Origin: Mobula hypostoma | Taxonomy: Eukaryota | Direction: 5' to 3' | DNA: 64,000 nt | Assembly: GCF_963921235.1 (NCBI RefSeq) | Contig: NC_086097.1 | Coordinates: 152,460,001 to 152,524,000 of the forward strand | In this document: positions 1 through 11,999 of the stretch, in pieces | How positions within the stretch are numbered: the first letter of the stretch is position 1 | How the letters are laid out: every line of letters starts with the position of its first letter | Notes under the pieces: model-generated | What the model was told of the DNA's origin: nothing | The model's input: only the letters and a program-made list of their open reading frames with translations | Databases searched by the model: none | Position numbers and translations under genes: made by a program

Positions 1-846
1 TCTTCTCACCCTATCTCTTGCAAAAACGCCATCCCCTTCTCGCAATTCCTCCGTCTCCGCCGCATCTGCTCTCAGGATGAAGCTTTTCATTCTAGGACGA
101 GGGAGATGTCTTCCTTTTTTAAAGAAAGGGGCTTCCCTTCCTCCACTATCAACTCTGCTCTTAAACGCATCTCCCCCATTTCATGTACATCTGCTCTCAC
201 TCCATCCTCCCGCCACCCCACTAGGAATAGGGTTCCCCTGGTCCTCACCTACCACCCCACCAGCCTCCGGGTCCAACATATTATTCTCCGTAACTTCCGC
301 CACCTCCAACGGGGTCCCACCACTAAGCACATCTTTCCCTCCCCCTCTCTCTCTGCATTCCGCAGGGATCGCTCCCTACACAACTCCCTTGTCCATTCGT
401 CCCCCCCATCCCTCCCCACTGATCTCCCTCCTGGCACTTATCCGTGTAAGCGGAACAAGTGCTACACATGCCCTTACACTTCCTCCCTTACCACCATTCA
501 GGGTCCCAAACAGTCCTTCCAGGTGAGGCAACACTTCACCTGTGAGTCGACTGGGGTGATATACTGCGTCCGGTGCTCCCGATGTGGCCTTTTATATATT
601 GGCGAGACCCGACGCAGACTGGGAGACCGTTTTGCTGAACATCTACGCTCTGTCCGCCAGAGAAAGCAGGATCTCCCAGTGGCCACACATTTTAATTCCA
701 CATCCCATTCCCATTCTGACATGTCTATCCACGGCCTCCTCTACTGTAAAGATGAAGCCACACTCAGGTTGGAGGAACACCTTATATTCCGTCTGGGTAG
801 CCTCCAACCTGATGGCATGAACATCGACTTCTCTAACTTCCGCTAA
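1..846 (+). CDS. C-terminal part of a Penelope-like element ORF (RT thumb, Cys-rich linker, GIY-YIG endonuclease); 5' part lies outside the window
   Basis: Frame is open from base 1 (SSHPISCKNAIPFSQFLRLRRICS...) to TAA at 844-846. Contains linker CKRNKCYTC and GIY-YIG motif GVIYCVRCSRCGLLYIGETRRRLGDRFAEH, and ends ...LGSLQPDGMNIDFSNFR. The Cys-rich linker suggests the Neptune group (inference). Confidence 0.9.
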   Translation, partial: SSHPISCKNAIPFSQFLRLRRICSQDEAFHSRTREMSSFFKERGFPSSTINSALKRISPISCTSALTPSSRHPTRNRVPLVLTYHPTSLRVQHIILRNFRHLQRGPTTKHIFPSPSLSAFRRDRSLHNSLVHSSPPSLPTDLPPGTYPCKRNKCYTCPYTSSLTTIQGPKQSFQVRQHFTCESTGVIYCVRCSRCGLLYIGETRRRLGDRFAEHLRSVRQRKQDLPVATHFNSTSHSHSDMSIHGLLYCKDEATLRLEEHLIFRLGSLQPDGMNIDFSNFR

Positions 847-1145
847 GGCCCCACCTCCCCCTCGTACCCCATCTGTTACTTATTTTTATGCACACATTCT
901 TTCTCTCACTCTCCTTTTTCTCCCTCTGTCCCTCTGAATATACCTCTTGCCCATCCTCTGGGTCCCCCCCCCCACCTCCTTGTCTTTCTTCCCGGACCTC
1001 CTGTCCCATGATCTTCTTGTATCCCCTTTTGCCTATCACCTGTCCAGGTCTTGGCTCTATCCCTCCCCCTCCTGTCTTCTCCTATCATTTTGCATCTCCC
1101 CCTCCCCCTCCAGCTTTCAAATCCCTTACTCACTCTTCCTTCAGT

Positions 1146-1183
1146 TAGTCCTGACGAAGGGTCTCGGCCTGAAACGTCGACTG
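1146..1183 (+). ncRNA. Minimal type-I hammerhead ribozyme in PLE 3' end
   Basis: TAGTC-CTGACGA-AGGGTCTCGGCCT-GAAA-CGTC-GACTG. Core CUGANGA at 1151-1157, stem II hairpin, GAAA at 1171-1174, palindromic ACGT stem III, GUC cleavage triplet at 1176-1178, stem I TAGTC/GACTG. Confidence 0.85.
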
Positions 1184-2289
1184 CGCCTCTTCCTATAGAT
1201 GCTGCTTGGCCTGCTGCGTTCACCAGCAACTTTGATGTGAGTTGTCAGAGTGTGTATAGTTACAGCAAACACTAGTTGCCAGCTTATCCTAAGAAACAAC
1301 AATTGATATATTGAGCAGAGTAAGGGCTGTGTGAAGGCAAGGAGGGATTTGTAGAAATTGGAAACACATTTGAAGACTGGTTTGTTAACCTCTTCACTGA
1401 TACAACAGGAAAAAGAGACCATTATAAAAATATCCTGCTCAAACTTCAATGACCACACCAGCTAAAAGTGAACTACTGGAACTGTTTCCCTTTTCCAGAG
1501 TTAGGGTAGATTCCAGATATTCAAATGTGCGTCCAGCTGTATTTGAATCCACTGAGGGCTTCTACCTCCACAGCCTTTACATCCAATGAGTTTAAGCTCC
1601 TTACCAGTTACTGGATAAAATGTTTTTATGAAAAACACTTTAAGACAAATAATTTTCTCCTGTTCAGTTTTATGTATCACATTGAAATCTTGGCTCATGT
1701 GCAGTATTCAGAATAAAACAGACCCTAGTCTAGAATGCTCCAATCCTGCAAACAGTCTTACCTACATATTCTGTAGCGTGGTTCTGGAAACATATTCAAT
1801 ACTTCAGCTGGGTCTTAGCTAGTTTTCAACTGTATACTTGCATTACATTTGCATTCTTATCCACTTTATCCACCTCACAGAGAAGTGAGGAAGGAGACCT
1901 GTAAGAATGGAATGAAGAATATTCCTCCATTAGCTTTGGGCTGACTCACTGAACAGAGCTAGCAATCTTGTCACAACTTCCATTCTAGGGAATTCAAGAT
2001 AAGACGTTGCCTGAAAATTGTTGCACAGTGACCCACTTGTCCACATTTGCAATTATCTCAGCAGGTTCAATTTATTACACTCTAGGGAGTCATCCCATTA
2101 GTAAAAAGAAGACTTTGGAAGCTGTGACTTTTAATGGGTATGTTCCAAACCAGTATATGTATTACCTGAAAGTTATCTAATCTGCTAGCAAGTGAGATTT
2201 TCTTCATCATTTGTCTTTTAGTTGCCTTTGAACTACTTAAGAGTCCTTGTGCAATACTCCCAGAAAATTAATTTACAGGTTGAAATATT

Positions 2290-2572
2290 CCCACAATTTA
2301 TAATCTCACTTTCAAGGACCCTTCATCTCATGTTCTTGATAATTATTGCTTATTTATTTGTTATTATTTCTTTCTTTTTGTATTTGCAGTTTGTTATCTT
2401 TTGTACACTGGTTTATGTCCACGTTGGTGTGGATTTTCATTAACTCCATTATGGTTATTATTTAATTATGGATTTATTGAGTATACCTGCAAGAAAAAGA
2501 AATCTGAGGGTTGTATATGATGTCATATATGTACTTTGATGATAAATTTACTTTGAACATTGAACTTTGAAA
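2290..2572 (+). mobile_element. 3' end of a non-LTR retroelement with (TTGAAC)n tail
   Basis: Ends ...ATAAATTTACTTTGAACATTGAACTTTGAA; a related copy lies at 20730-21080. Confidence 0.6.
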
Positions 2573-2824
2573 TGATTTAACCTAGACAATGTTGACAATA
2601 TTAAGTGCCCCTTTGACAAATTTGTAATGCTGGTACTCAACCATAAAATATAAACATGTTACGGCCTGCATTAAAATAATGCACAAATGACTTCTGCTGA
2701 ATATGCTGAATAGAACTGACTGTAATTCTATCCTCGATAAGCGGCTGGGACAGGAAAAAGTGTAAAAATACAGAGTGAAAATGAAGATTAGAAGTAAGTA
2801 AAGTCTTAGCACAAGTCAACATAA

Positions 2825-3340
2825 TTCAGAATTAAAATCAGGTTTATTAACATTGCCATACAGTATGTGTGAAATTTGTTGTTTTGCAACAGCAGTGCGG
2901 TGCAAACAATTATAAGAAATAGCTATAAGTTATGATAATAAATATATCAATAAAAATAAATAGCGCAATATAGTGAGTTAGTGTACATGGGCTCACTGCC
3001 CAGTCAGAAATCTGACAGTGGTGGTAAGAAGCTTTTCCTACAATGTTAAGAGTACATTATCAGGCTTTTGGAGAGGACATGTCCTGGATGGTAAGGGTCA
3101 TTAATGATGGATGCTGCCTTTTTTGAGGTACTGCCTTTTGAAGTTATCCTCCATGGTGGTATGGATTGTTCCCATAGTGGAGCTGGCTGAGTCTAAAACT
3201 CTGCAGCATTTTCGATCCCGTGCTTTGGAACTTCCATACCAGTCAGAATACTCTATAAAGGTACATTTGTAGAAATTTGCTAATCATTTTGGTGACGTAC
3301 CAAATCTCCTGAAACTCCTGATTAAGTCTGCTGATGGTGT
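2825..3340 (-). mobile_element. Decayed Rex1/Babar-like LINE 3' end
   Basis: Colinear similarity to 9169-9690 and 10936-11010 (AATCAGGTTTATT tail region, AAGCTxTTCCT, TACCAAATCTCC). Confidence 0.65.
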
Positions 3341-3599
3341 ACCTCATTTCTTTTAAATATGATGAATCTGCATTGGATACAAATAACTCAGCCTTATTAT
3401 TGAATTCATTTTTTTTCTTTGTGTAATATTTATGTGCATTATATAGAACTCTTCTGATGGCAGATAGTACAGAGAAGATTGAGAATCATTGACACTGAAA
3501 GCTGTAAGTTGATGCAGGGAAATTACAGACAGGTGTAGAACTAATTGCGTTGTAAATGTAGCTGCTTTTAACTTCCATAATATTAACAGGATTAGATGT

Positions 3600-5910
3600 G
3601 TTCGGGAAAGTTTCTCAAGCAGTATGTAGATGGCACTGCTAGAGAAGGGTCTACATTTAACTACTTCTCAAGAAATGAGTTTGAATAAATTGTTGATGGA
3701 TAAGACAGTGAACACTTTAGGACCAGTGTGTATAATTCTGTTAATTTTAAGGTAGCATGGAAATGGATAGGGCTTTTCGTCAAGTTAAAATCTTAAATGG
3801 GGGAAGGTTAATTTTAGTGGCATCAGGCAGAAGCTTGATTGGGAGGGTCTGATTACAGGAAAAGGAACATCTGGAGCATCTAGCAAGTGTATGGTAAGAC
3901 AGGAAGAGTTGTTGAGCAAGTATTTTCCTAACATAGTAATATGCAAATATAACTAGATTAGGGGTCTTTGAATGATGAAAGGCATTGAGGGTTTAGTCAG
4001 GTAAAAGATGGAGGTACATGTCATTATGCAACAGGAGTCAAATTAGTTTCTTGAGGAGTTTAAGCGATGTGAGACTACATAAGACAGACATTGGAAGGAC
4101 TAAAAGGGCTCAGGAGATATCCTTGGCAGAAAAGATAAAAGAGAATCCTAGAAGATTCTACTGTATAAGTGTATTAAGGGCAAATGGTAGCTAGGGATAC
4201 AGTAGATTCACTGAAGGATTACTAAATGGTATTAAAGCTATGCCCTAAAGCTATGTAACTGAAAGCCATGCCCTAAGCTATACACCTTAAAGATATGTCC
4301 TCAAATTCTGGTGGTTAAATGGTGGAAACAGATCTGATAATAATGTTAATAGGCACATTAACATAGACAGGCACATGAACAGGCAGGGAAGAGAGAAATT
4401 TATACTAGGCATTTCGGATTTGTTTGGATTGGCATCATGGTTGGCACAGACACCCTGGGCTGAAGAACTTCTTCTTGTGCTGGATTGGTCCATGTTCTAT
4501 GTTCTGGTATCAGTGTGATGATATGTGGAGGCACAGGAAATGGGAGAGGTCTTACATAAATACTAGCCTCTGTACTTAGCAGGCCAAGGAAACTAGTGAG
4601 TTCAGGGGAAAAGAATCATGATATCCTGGAACATATTAATATTATGAAGGAGGAGATGCTGCAAGTTTTCAAATACACAAAGGTAGATAAATCCATGGGG
4701 CATAACTGTAACCTAGAAAGTTATAAGAAGCAAGGCAGGAGTCTTAGGGGACCTGGTGGAGATTTTTGTATCTTCATGAGGAAGAATGGAGGATTCCAAA
4801 AGCTGTGCCCTATTGAAGAACAACAGTAAGGGTAAGCCAGGGAACTACAAGCCAGTGAGCCTCACTATTGTGGTAGGAAAGTTATTGAAAAAGATTTTGA
4901 GGGACAGGATTCAGTTGCATTTGGAAAAGTAAGAACTGATCAGGGATTGTCAGTATAGCTTTGAATGTGGAAAATCATGTCACACAAAGTTAATTGAGTT
5001 CATGAAGAGGTGACCAACAGTGTTAACATTGCCAGGGTGGTAGGCAGTAGAACACATGGATTTATGGTAAGTTAGCAAGCTGGATATAAAATTGGTTTGG
5101 CAGTTAGCATCAAAGGATTATCTTTCAGACTGGAATCTGATGACCAGTGATGTGCCAAAGGGATTACAATCATTCCTTTGTTGTTTGTCATATATACAGG
5201 GTATGCAGTGAAAGACTATATTATATATTGTGTGTCTATGTGTATTAAAATATTTGGGTAAGAATGTAGCCACCATGTGAGCTTGTGGATGACAACAAGA
5301 TTAGTGGTATAGTAAACAGTGAAGAAGCTGTCTAAGTTTACAGCAGGATATAGATCAACTGTGCAACTGGGCAAGGAATGGCAGATGAATTTTAACTCAG
5401 ATAAGTGAGAATTGACACATTTTGAGAGAAGTTAAACCAAGGCAGGCCATACACAGTGAATGGCAGAGCCCAGGAGATTATTACAGAATGGAGAAGATTT
5501 GGGGTACAACTACAAAGTGGCAATACAAGTAGACAGGATGGTGAGGAAAGCATACTTGTCTTCACCGGCCGGGGCATTGAGCATAAGAGATGGACATCAT
5601 TTTATGACTGTTAATATGCTGGTTAGGCCACACTTGGCGTACTGTGCGCAGTTCTGGTCACCATACATTATAAGGAAGGGTGTGATTAAGCTGGATAGAG
5701 TACTGCAAAGATCCACAAAAATGTTACCTGCAGTGGAGCAATTTAAGCATCAGGAGGCATTGGGTAAGCTGGATTTGTTTGCCTTGGATCAATGGAGACA
5801 TGATAGAGGGATATGGAGATAATGCAAGCAAGTGGGATTGGTATATATTGGAATTATGGTAGGATAGATATGGTGTGGCAAAGGTCCTGCTTCTATGCAA
5901 TACACTACCA
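3600..5910 (+). mobile_element. Heavily decayed CR1-type LINE (endonuclease C-term to 3' end)
   Basis: Fragments KVDKS, GNYKPVSLT-like and LVRPHLAYCAQFWSPYIIRKGVIKLDRVLQRSTKMLP; many stops and indels. Confidence 0.8.
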
Positions 5911-6734
5911 TGTCTCAATGGTTCCATGACATACAGTATAAACATATATAAACATGAATCAATGAACATAAGATGAATGGCATCACTTTTAACTTTGAAA
6001 CTCCAATTTTCTCTAGTGCTGTATAATTATAAACTGTCTTAATTTTACCTTGAGCCAATGAGATTCTTCGCCTTTCCAATTCCATTTTTTTTTTGCATGG
6101 AAGCACCAATGCGAGATTGAGTAATTAATAACTTAACTGCTTGTAAATTAAACTGCAAATAAACTTTTCACATAGCTAACAGTCAAAGGATTTGCCAAAG
6201 TTACCTTGCTGAAACAGATTCTTTGATGAGAAGATGCAACCTCTATCTCATCTGACTTCCAATTCCATATTGTAAATTCATAGTTTGAGGTTTTAGGCTC
6301 AAATAATTCTTGAGCTTTTCTACTATTCTTTCCTTAAGTAAAGTATTTCTTTTCTTCCAATGGTGTTAATGCTGTAGATTTGCTGTTATCCTGTATATTT
6401 CTGAATCATTTCAATTAAATCAATGACCTTAAAGGAAGATGAGATATTCCTGTAAAAGTAGATTCTTGCCATCAATGTCATTTTCTGCAAGTTTTATGCA
6501 TGATTTGATGTGCCTGTATTCTCAACCCACACAACTGAACTTTACAAGCTCAAGGTCAATCAGCCAATTTGCCATCTTCTTCTTTTGATACAGTTCCACC
6601 TGTATAAGATACCTGTAAATAGTCAGTGATACAAATGAGCAATGATGGTCCTAATTAAATAAAAAATTTTAAAAATGACAGTGCCTTATGTCCACACAGA
6701 CAAAACATTTACCAAAATGTGTTCAAATGCATTA

Positions 6735-7260
6735 GGAAATAGAGCATAGAACCTGCCCTGTACAGCATGAGAATGAGCTCTTTGGCCCACAAAGTCTGCA
6801 CTGAACATGATGCTGAATTAAACTCATTCTCTTTTGCTGTACATGATCCATATCCCTCCATACACTGTATATAAATGTGCCTGACTAAAAGCCTCTTAAA
6901 TACCACTATTACATCTGCTTCCAATAGTTTCCATTAGTTGCCTGTTGTGTAAAAAAGCTTGCTCCTCACACACTCTTTAAATAGTCCCCCACTCACCTTA
7001 AATCCACGTCCACTAGTATTTGAAATTTCTACACTGCGGCAAAAATTCTGATTGTCTACCCTATCTAGGCATCTCAGAATGTTATAAGATTTCATTAAGT
7101 CTCTCCTTAGCCTCCAATGCCCAGAGAAAACAGCACAAATTTGTCCAACCTCTCCTTAGAGAAGATGCCCTTTAATCCAGATAGCCTACTAGTAAACATC
7201 CTGCAAGATTGCACCCTTTCCAAAGCTTCCACATCCTTCCTGTCATTGGGCAATCAGCAT
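6735..7260 (-). mobile_element. CR1-type LINE 3' fragment
   Basis: Minus ORF EADVIVVFKRLLVRHIYIQCMEGYG matches the CR1 ORF2 C-terminus seen in the younger copies; (TTCTATG)-like tail. Confidence 0.75.
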
Positions 7261-8469
7261 GTTCTGCATCAGCCGCAATAAAAATGTTTGTAACTCTTAA
7301 GTAAGGTCAAGACTTTTTTCATGATGTAGTAATTGTTTTTCAGAGCTCTATTTAGGCTACTGCTTGATTTCTCAACACACATTGAGCTGGATACTAACTG
7401 GGTCAGTATCTCTTACACAGCTCTGTTAGGAAAGTATATATGAAAATGCTTGCTGCTACCATTTACAAGGAACTAACCAGCAATTGTCAACTGATTCATT
7501 CTGAGCTAATTTACAATATGCTTGCAATACATTTTCCAGAGTCTTATTTGACGACAATATGTTGTGTCCGTGTGACGAATGAGGTAAGCCTTTTCTGCCA
7601 CAGTTTATACAACATGTCTAGCCCTATATACATAGTGAAGGTTTCTTTTCACTGCATCCAATATTTAGACAGTTTTCTATTGCATGAAGTCCTGTCTTTA
7701 TTTACTCCAACATATATTGTTTCAATTTAGCTCACTGTCTTCCAGTGCACTTTCACGTGCTATCCCAGTTGGACAGGGTCATGCCCAGTAGCAGTTTTTC
7801 ATACTTAGGGGCATGGTGTCCAATTTCACAGTTTAATTGATTCGCAATTCTGACATCATACCTCTATATCATTCTTCGAAAAGTGATGGAAAAAAAGTTG
7901 GGAGTTTAACAATGGTGGTGTTTTTTTTTAAATATAAGAAAAACTTAGTGTAGGACAGTATAGTTTAGTGATTTACTTCTGAACAGTCAATGCATTCTGC
8001 CCAATTCTATAATGAAGAATCTGTAGCAGTAAGCAGAGAGCAGTAGGTTACACTTAACAACTCTGAAGGGGGTACTTACCCAATATTACATAAAACACAC
8101 CTGTTCCATGTTATATTAGAGAGGACAAAGTATTGCTTTCTTTTCAGTTTCTGTCTAATTCTAGCTCAATAAACCACTGCACTAGCACCTACAGTACAAT
8201 TCTCATGTTGCTGAAACCATTGAGAGCTTCACTATGCTGGTGTACATATATGGACGTAGGAGCATAAGTAAAAATAGATTTGGTCCTGGCGGCTGCACTA
8301 CCTGTCATTAAGATCACTGTTGTACTTTAACCTCAGTACTGCTCTCCCATACTAAAACCATTTGCATTGAAGGCCTTATCATCTAAAAACCTAATTTTCT
8401 GTCTTGAATATTCAGCAACTGATCCTTCAAGCTGACCTATCAGGAAAAGCCAGACAGTTTTAGCTCTGC

Positions 8470-8820
8470 ATTCCTTGGTGTTTAGAAGACCTTATATGTT
8501 TGTATAAATATGGGTTGACCTTTTTAAACTTATTAGATACTGTGGTGCTTGACAGGGTAGATAATTTCATTAGTGGGAAAGTCACACGTAAGGAGACATG
8601 ACAGCAAAATAAGGGACCTGTCATTTAAAATTAAGGTGTACAGAAATTTCTTCTCAAAGGGAGTCATGGATATCTAGAATTGTCCTCTCTAGTGAGTGAT
8701 GGAGGCCAAGTCACTAGAAGTACATGAAGGTGAAATTTGAAATCTTAAGGAATTAATGGTTAAGGGGAACTGGAATGGAAGAAGCATAGATCATCCATAA
8801 TTATATTGAAGGCAGGGTGT
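8470..8820 (+). mobile_element. Very decayed CR1-type 3' fragment
   Basis: Weak colinear similarity to CR1 3' ends (GACAGGGTAGAT...GAAATTTCTTCTC...AAGGGGAAC). Confidence 0.45.
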
Positions 8821-9874
8821 CTTCTTAACCAGAGAATGGAAAGATTTATTAACCACTCAGTGAGCAAATTTCTTATGCCTGCCTGGCCCATATTTTCCAT
8901 GAGGGAATTTTGGATGTTCTAAAAGCTCCATACAGAGAAAGCAGCACCTCAAATCCACCATGATATGGATCATGTACAGAACAATTTTCTACACTTCAAA
9001 AAAGTTTCCTTTCAGTCTTAAAAACCCTGCCAAGTAAAGCCCTAGATCCTCTGTTGTCTGTATTGAATCAGCCTTGCACTCTTCTACAAGAATCCTCAAC
9101 CAAGTTACCTACCCACGAATCAAGGCACGCCCTCCACCTTTCTCTTGCAGAGTTTTGATTAGTATTCAGAATCAGAATCAGGTTTATTATCGTTGGCATG
9201 GGTTGCCAAATTTGTTAACTTAGCAGCAGCAGTTCAATAGAATACATAATATAGCAGAAGAAGAAGAAAAAAGTAATACATAAATAAGTAAACCAATTAC
9301 AGTGTACGTATATTGAATAGATTTAAAATCATGCAAAAAACAGAAATAATATATCTTAAAAAGTGAGGTAATGTCCACAGGTTCAACGTCCATTTAGGAA
9401 TTGGATGGCAGAGGGGAGGAAGCTGTTCCTGAATCAGTGAGTGTGTGCCTTCAGGTTTCTAAACCTCCTACCTGATGATAACAGTGAGAAAAGGGCATGC
9501 CCTGGGTGCTGGAGGTCCTTAATAATGGACACCGCCTTTCTGAGACACCGCTCCTTGAAGATGGACTGGGTACTTTGTAGGCTAGTACCCAAGATGGAGC
9601 CAACTAAATTTACAACCCTCTGCAGCTTCTTTCAGTCCTGTGCAGTAGCTCCACCCATACTAGACAGTGATGCAGCCTGTCCGAATGTTCTCTACAGCAG
9701 CGGTCCCCAACCACCGGGCCGTGGACCGGTACCGGGCTGCAAGGCATGCGCTACCGGGCCGCGAGGAAACAATATGATTTGGTGATATGAGTCAGCTGCA
9801 CCTTTCCTCATTCCCTGTCATGTCCACTGTTGAGCTCGAATGCACGCGAGGTCATTACCCACATGTCATCAATG

Positions 9875-10155
9875 TCAGAGCGGGAAGGAGATCAACTCCT
9901 CGAGCTTGCAAATGACGGCGGGCTGAAAAGTATGTTTGACATAACATCTCTGCTGGCATTCTGGATCAAAGTCAAGGCTAAATATTCTGAGATAGACACG
10001 GAAACACTGAAAACGTTGCTTCCATTTCCAACATATCTCTGCAATGAATGCAACGAAAGCTAAATTGCGGAATAGACTGGACATAAGGAACCCCCTTCGA
10101 GTATCGCTGTCTCCCATCACCCCTCGATGGCACCGTCTTGTTGCAGGGAAACAAG
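9875..10155 (+). pseudogene. hAT transposase C-terminal (dimerisation domain) remnant
   Basis: QLLELANDGGLKSMF...FWIKVKAKYSEI...LLPFPTYLC, then frameshifted TKAKLRNRLDIRNPLRVSLSPITPRWHRLVAGKQ. Confidence 0.8.
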
Positions 10156-10300
10156 AATTCAGCCCAGGGCTCCCACTGATTCAGCGATATTGGCGCGTTG
10201 CAAAGATTTTATATGTTCATATGAGGAAAATATACGCTGTATGTTTAATATCCAAATGTTACTTAAAATGTTATAATGCTATTGACTTATAAGTGACTTA

Positions 10301-10502
10301 TGTAACCATATAACAATTACAGCATGGATACAGGACATCTCTACCCTTCTATTCCGTGCCGAACGCTACTCTCACCTCGTTCCACCGACCTGCACTCAGC
10401 CCATAACCCTCCATTCCTTTCCTGTCCATATAGCTGTCCAGTTTAACTTTAAATGATAATATCGAACCTGCCTCTAAAACTTCTACTGGAAGTTCGTTCA
10501 AC
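10301..10502 (-). mobile_element. About 200-bp CR1 3' end inside the hAT element
   Basis: Closely similar to 15182-15384 (TAACCATATAACAATTACAGCA...CTTCTxCTGGAAG); possible ACTTA TSD at 10296-10300 and 10503-10507. Confidence 0.85.
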
Positions 10503-10965
10503 ACTTACTTCAAGCTCCCCTGTCCTCCCCTGATAATTGACTTATCACTATAATCATGCGAGGAAAATATGCACTGTGTGTTTAATATTAAATTTGTTAG
10601 ATAAACCCTTTGAGAAACGTAATTGAGTGTATTAGCCACTTATCACCTATATTCTGTTCGTGATTAACACCCGCCCCCCCAAACAGAATTGCCAAAAACG
10701 ATTTGCAAAAAAGAAATCGGCATGTGCACGCATGCGCACAGGTTCCCACATAAGGCTTCATGGTCATTGTAGTCTTTCTCGGGGTAAACATAATGTATTT
10801 GACTGCTATTCTTGTCTGTTGGCAACCATATCCTCCCCCCCACCACCACCACCACTGGTCGGCCGGTCCGCAAGAATATTGTCAATATGAAACCGGTCCG
10901 CAGTGCAAAAAAGGTTGGGGACCCCTGCTCTACAGTGCATCTATAGAAGTTTTTGAGTGTATTTG

Positions 10966-11469
10966 TTAATATACCAAACTCCTAATGAAGTATAGTTGCT
11001 GTCGTGCCTTCTTTAAAACTGCATCGATATGTTGGCACCATGTTAGGTCCTCAGAGATCTTGACACCCAGGAACTTGAAACTGCTCAAACTGTCCACTTC
11101 CGATCCCTCTATGTGGATTGGTATGTGTTCCTTTGTCTTACCCTTCCTGAAGTCCACAATGAGCTCTTTCATCTTCCTGACATTGAGGGCAAGGTTGTTG
11201 CTGCGACACCACTCCACTAGTCGGTATATCTCACTCCTGTACGCTCTCTCATCACCACCTGAGATTCCACCAACAATGGTTGTATCATCAGCAAATTTAT
11301 AGATGGTATTTGAGCTATGCCTAGCCACACAGTCATGGGTATAGAGAGAGTAGAGCAGTGGGCTAAGCACACACCCCTGAGGTGCACTAGTGTTGATCGA
11401 CAGTGAGGAGGAGATGTTATCACCAATCCTCAAGATTGTGATCTTCCAGTTAGGAAGTCGAGGATTCAA
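10966..11469 (-). pseudogene. Rex1/Babar-like reverse transcriptase fragment
   Basis: APQGCVLSPLLYSLYTHDC...KFADDTTIVG...WCRSNNLALNVRKMKELIVDFRK. Confidence 0.85.
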
Positions 11470-11804
11470 TTGAAGAGGGAGGTACAGAGGCCCAGGTTCT
11501 GCAACGTCTCAATCAGGATGGTGGGAATGATGCTATTAAATGCTGATCTCTAGTTGATGAACAGCATCCAATATAGGTGTTTGTATTCATTCCCAAGCCC
11601 ACATTTATAATTACCTTTTTTACACACAAATTCCATTAGAGTGATTTTTTTTATTCTATATCTCAAAATGTTTGGAAATAAATTGTGAATTCTGAAAAGA
11701 TGATTTTCCGTTAACTGAACTGCTGTAACATAGGGTTAACTTTGTATATCATAAATACATACTCACTCCAGGCTGCGGAATATTCTTCCGAGTTTCTGTA
11801 CCTT

Positions 11805-11995
11805 GCATCCAGCACTTGACTGGACAAGGAGTGATGAATATTACTGGATGGGAGGCTTGATGTCTGTCATTAAGTAGGGACCACCATTGGCTGAGCTGGC
11901 AGAGTGTTGAAGGAGGTAGCTGCCAAGCTGTCTGAACAGATGATAAAAGACTATCTTGAGAGAAAAACTTGACCTTGTCCTTGCTGATTCACCAA
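11805..11995 (+). mobile_element. Ancient LINE endonuclease-region relic
   Basis: Resembles, from memory, APE-domain coding DNA (degenerate GDFN segment and ...REKLDLVL...). Confidence 0.35.
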
Positions 11996-11999
11996 TCAG

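Larger units (their letters stand above)
1..1240 (+). mobile_element. Penelope-like retroelement, 3' portion with pyrimidine-rich 3' UTR/pLTR
   Basis: GIY-YIG ORF followed by a 3' region that recurs, closely similar, in reverse complement at about 13360-13762. Confidence 0.9.
9698..10927 (+). mobile_element. Non-autonomous hAT (Charlie/Buster-type) DNA transposon
   Basis: Terminal inverted repeats (TIRs) CAGCGGTCCCCAACC / GGTTGGGGACCCCTG (14 of 15 match); perfect 8-bp TSD CTCTACAG at 9690-9697 and 10928-10935; internal transposase remnant. Confidence 0.93.
9169..11582 (-). mobile_element. 5'-truncated Rex1/Babar-like LINE, interrupted by a hAT element
   Basis: RT fragment at 10966-11469; (ATTCTG)n tail at about 9166-9180; flanking GTATTCA duplication at 9162-9168 and 11583-11589. 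Confidence 0.85.

Noticed and set aside
77..526. 149-aa Pro/Ser-rich ORF and other ORFs overlapping the PLE
   Set aside because: Alternative frames of the PLE ORF or its C/T-rich UTR; no independent coding signal.
7440..7730. 96-aa ORF and similar short ORFs in AT-rich unique DNA
   Set aside because: No motifs or splice support; length compatible with chance.
11767..11819. Minus-strand exon-like segment with CAG acceptor and GTGAGT donor
   Set aside because: No recognisable peptide, and it abuts or overlaps an old LINE relic; insufficient support.
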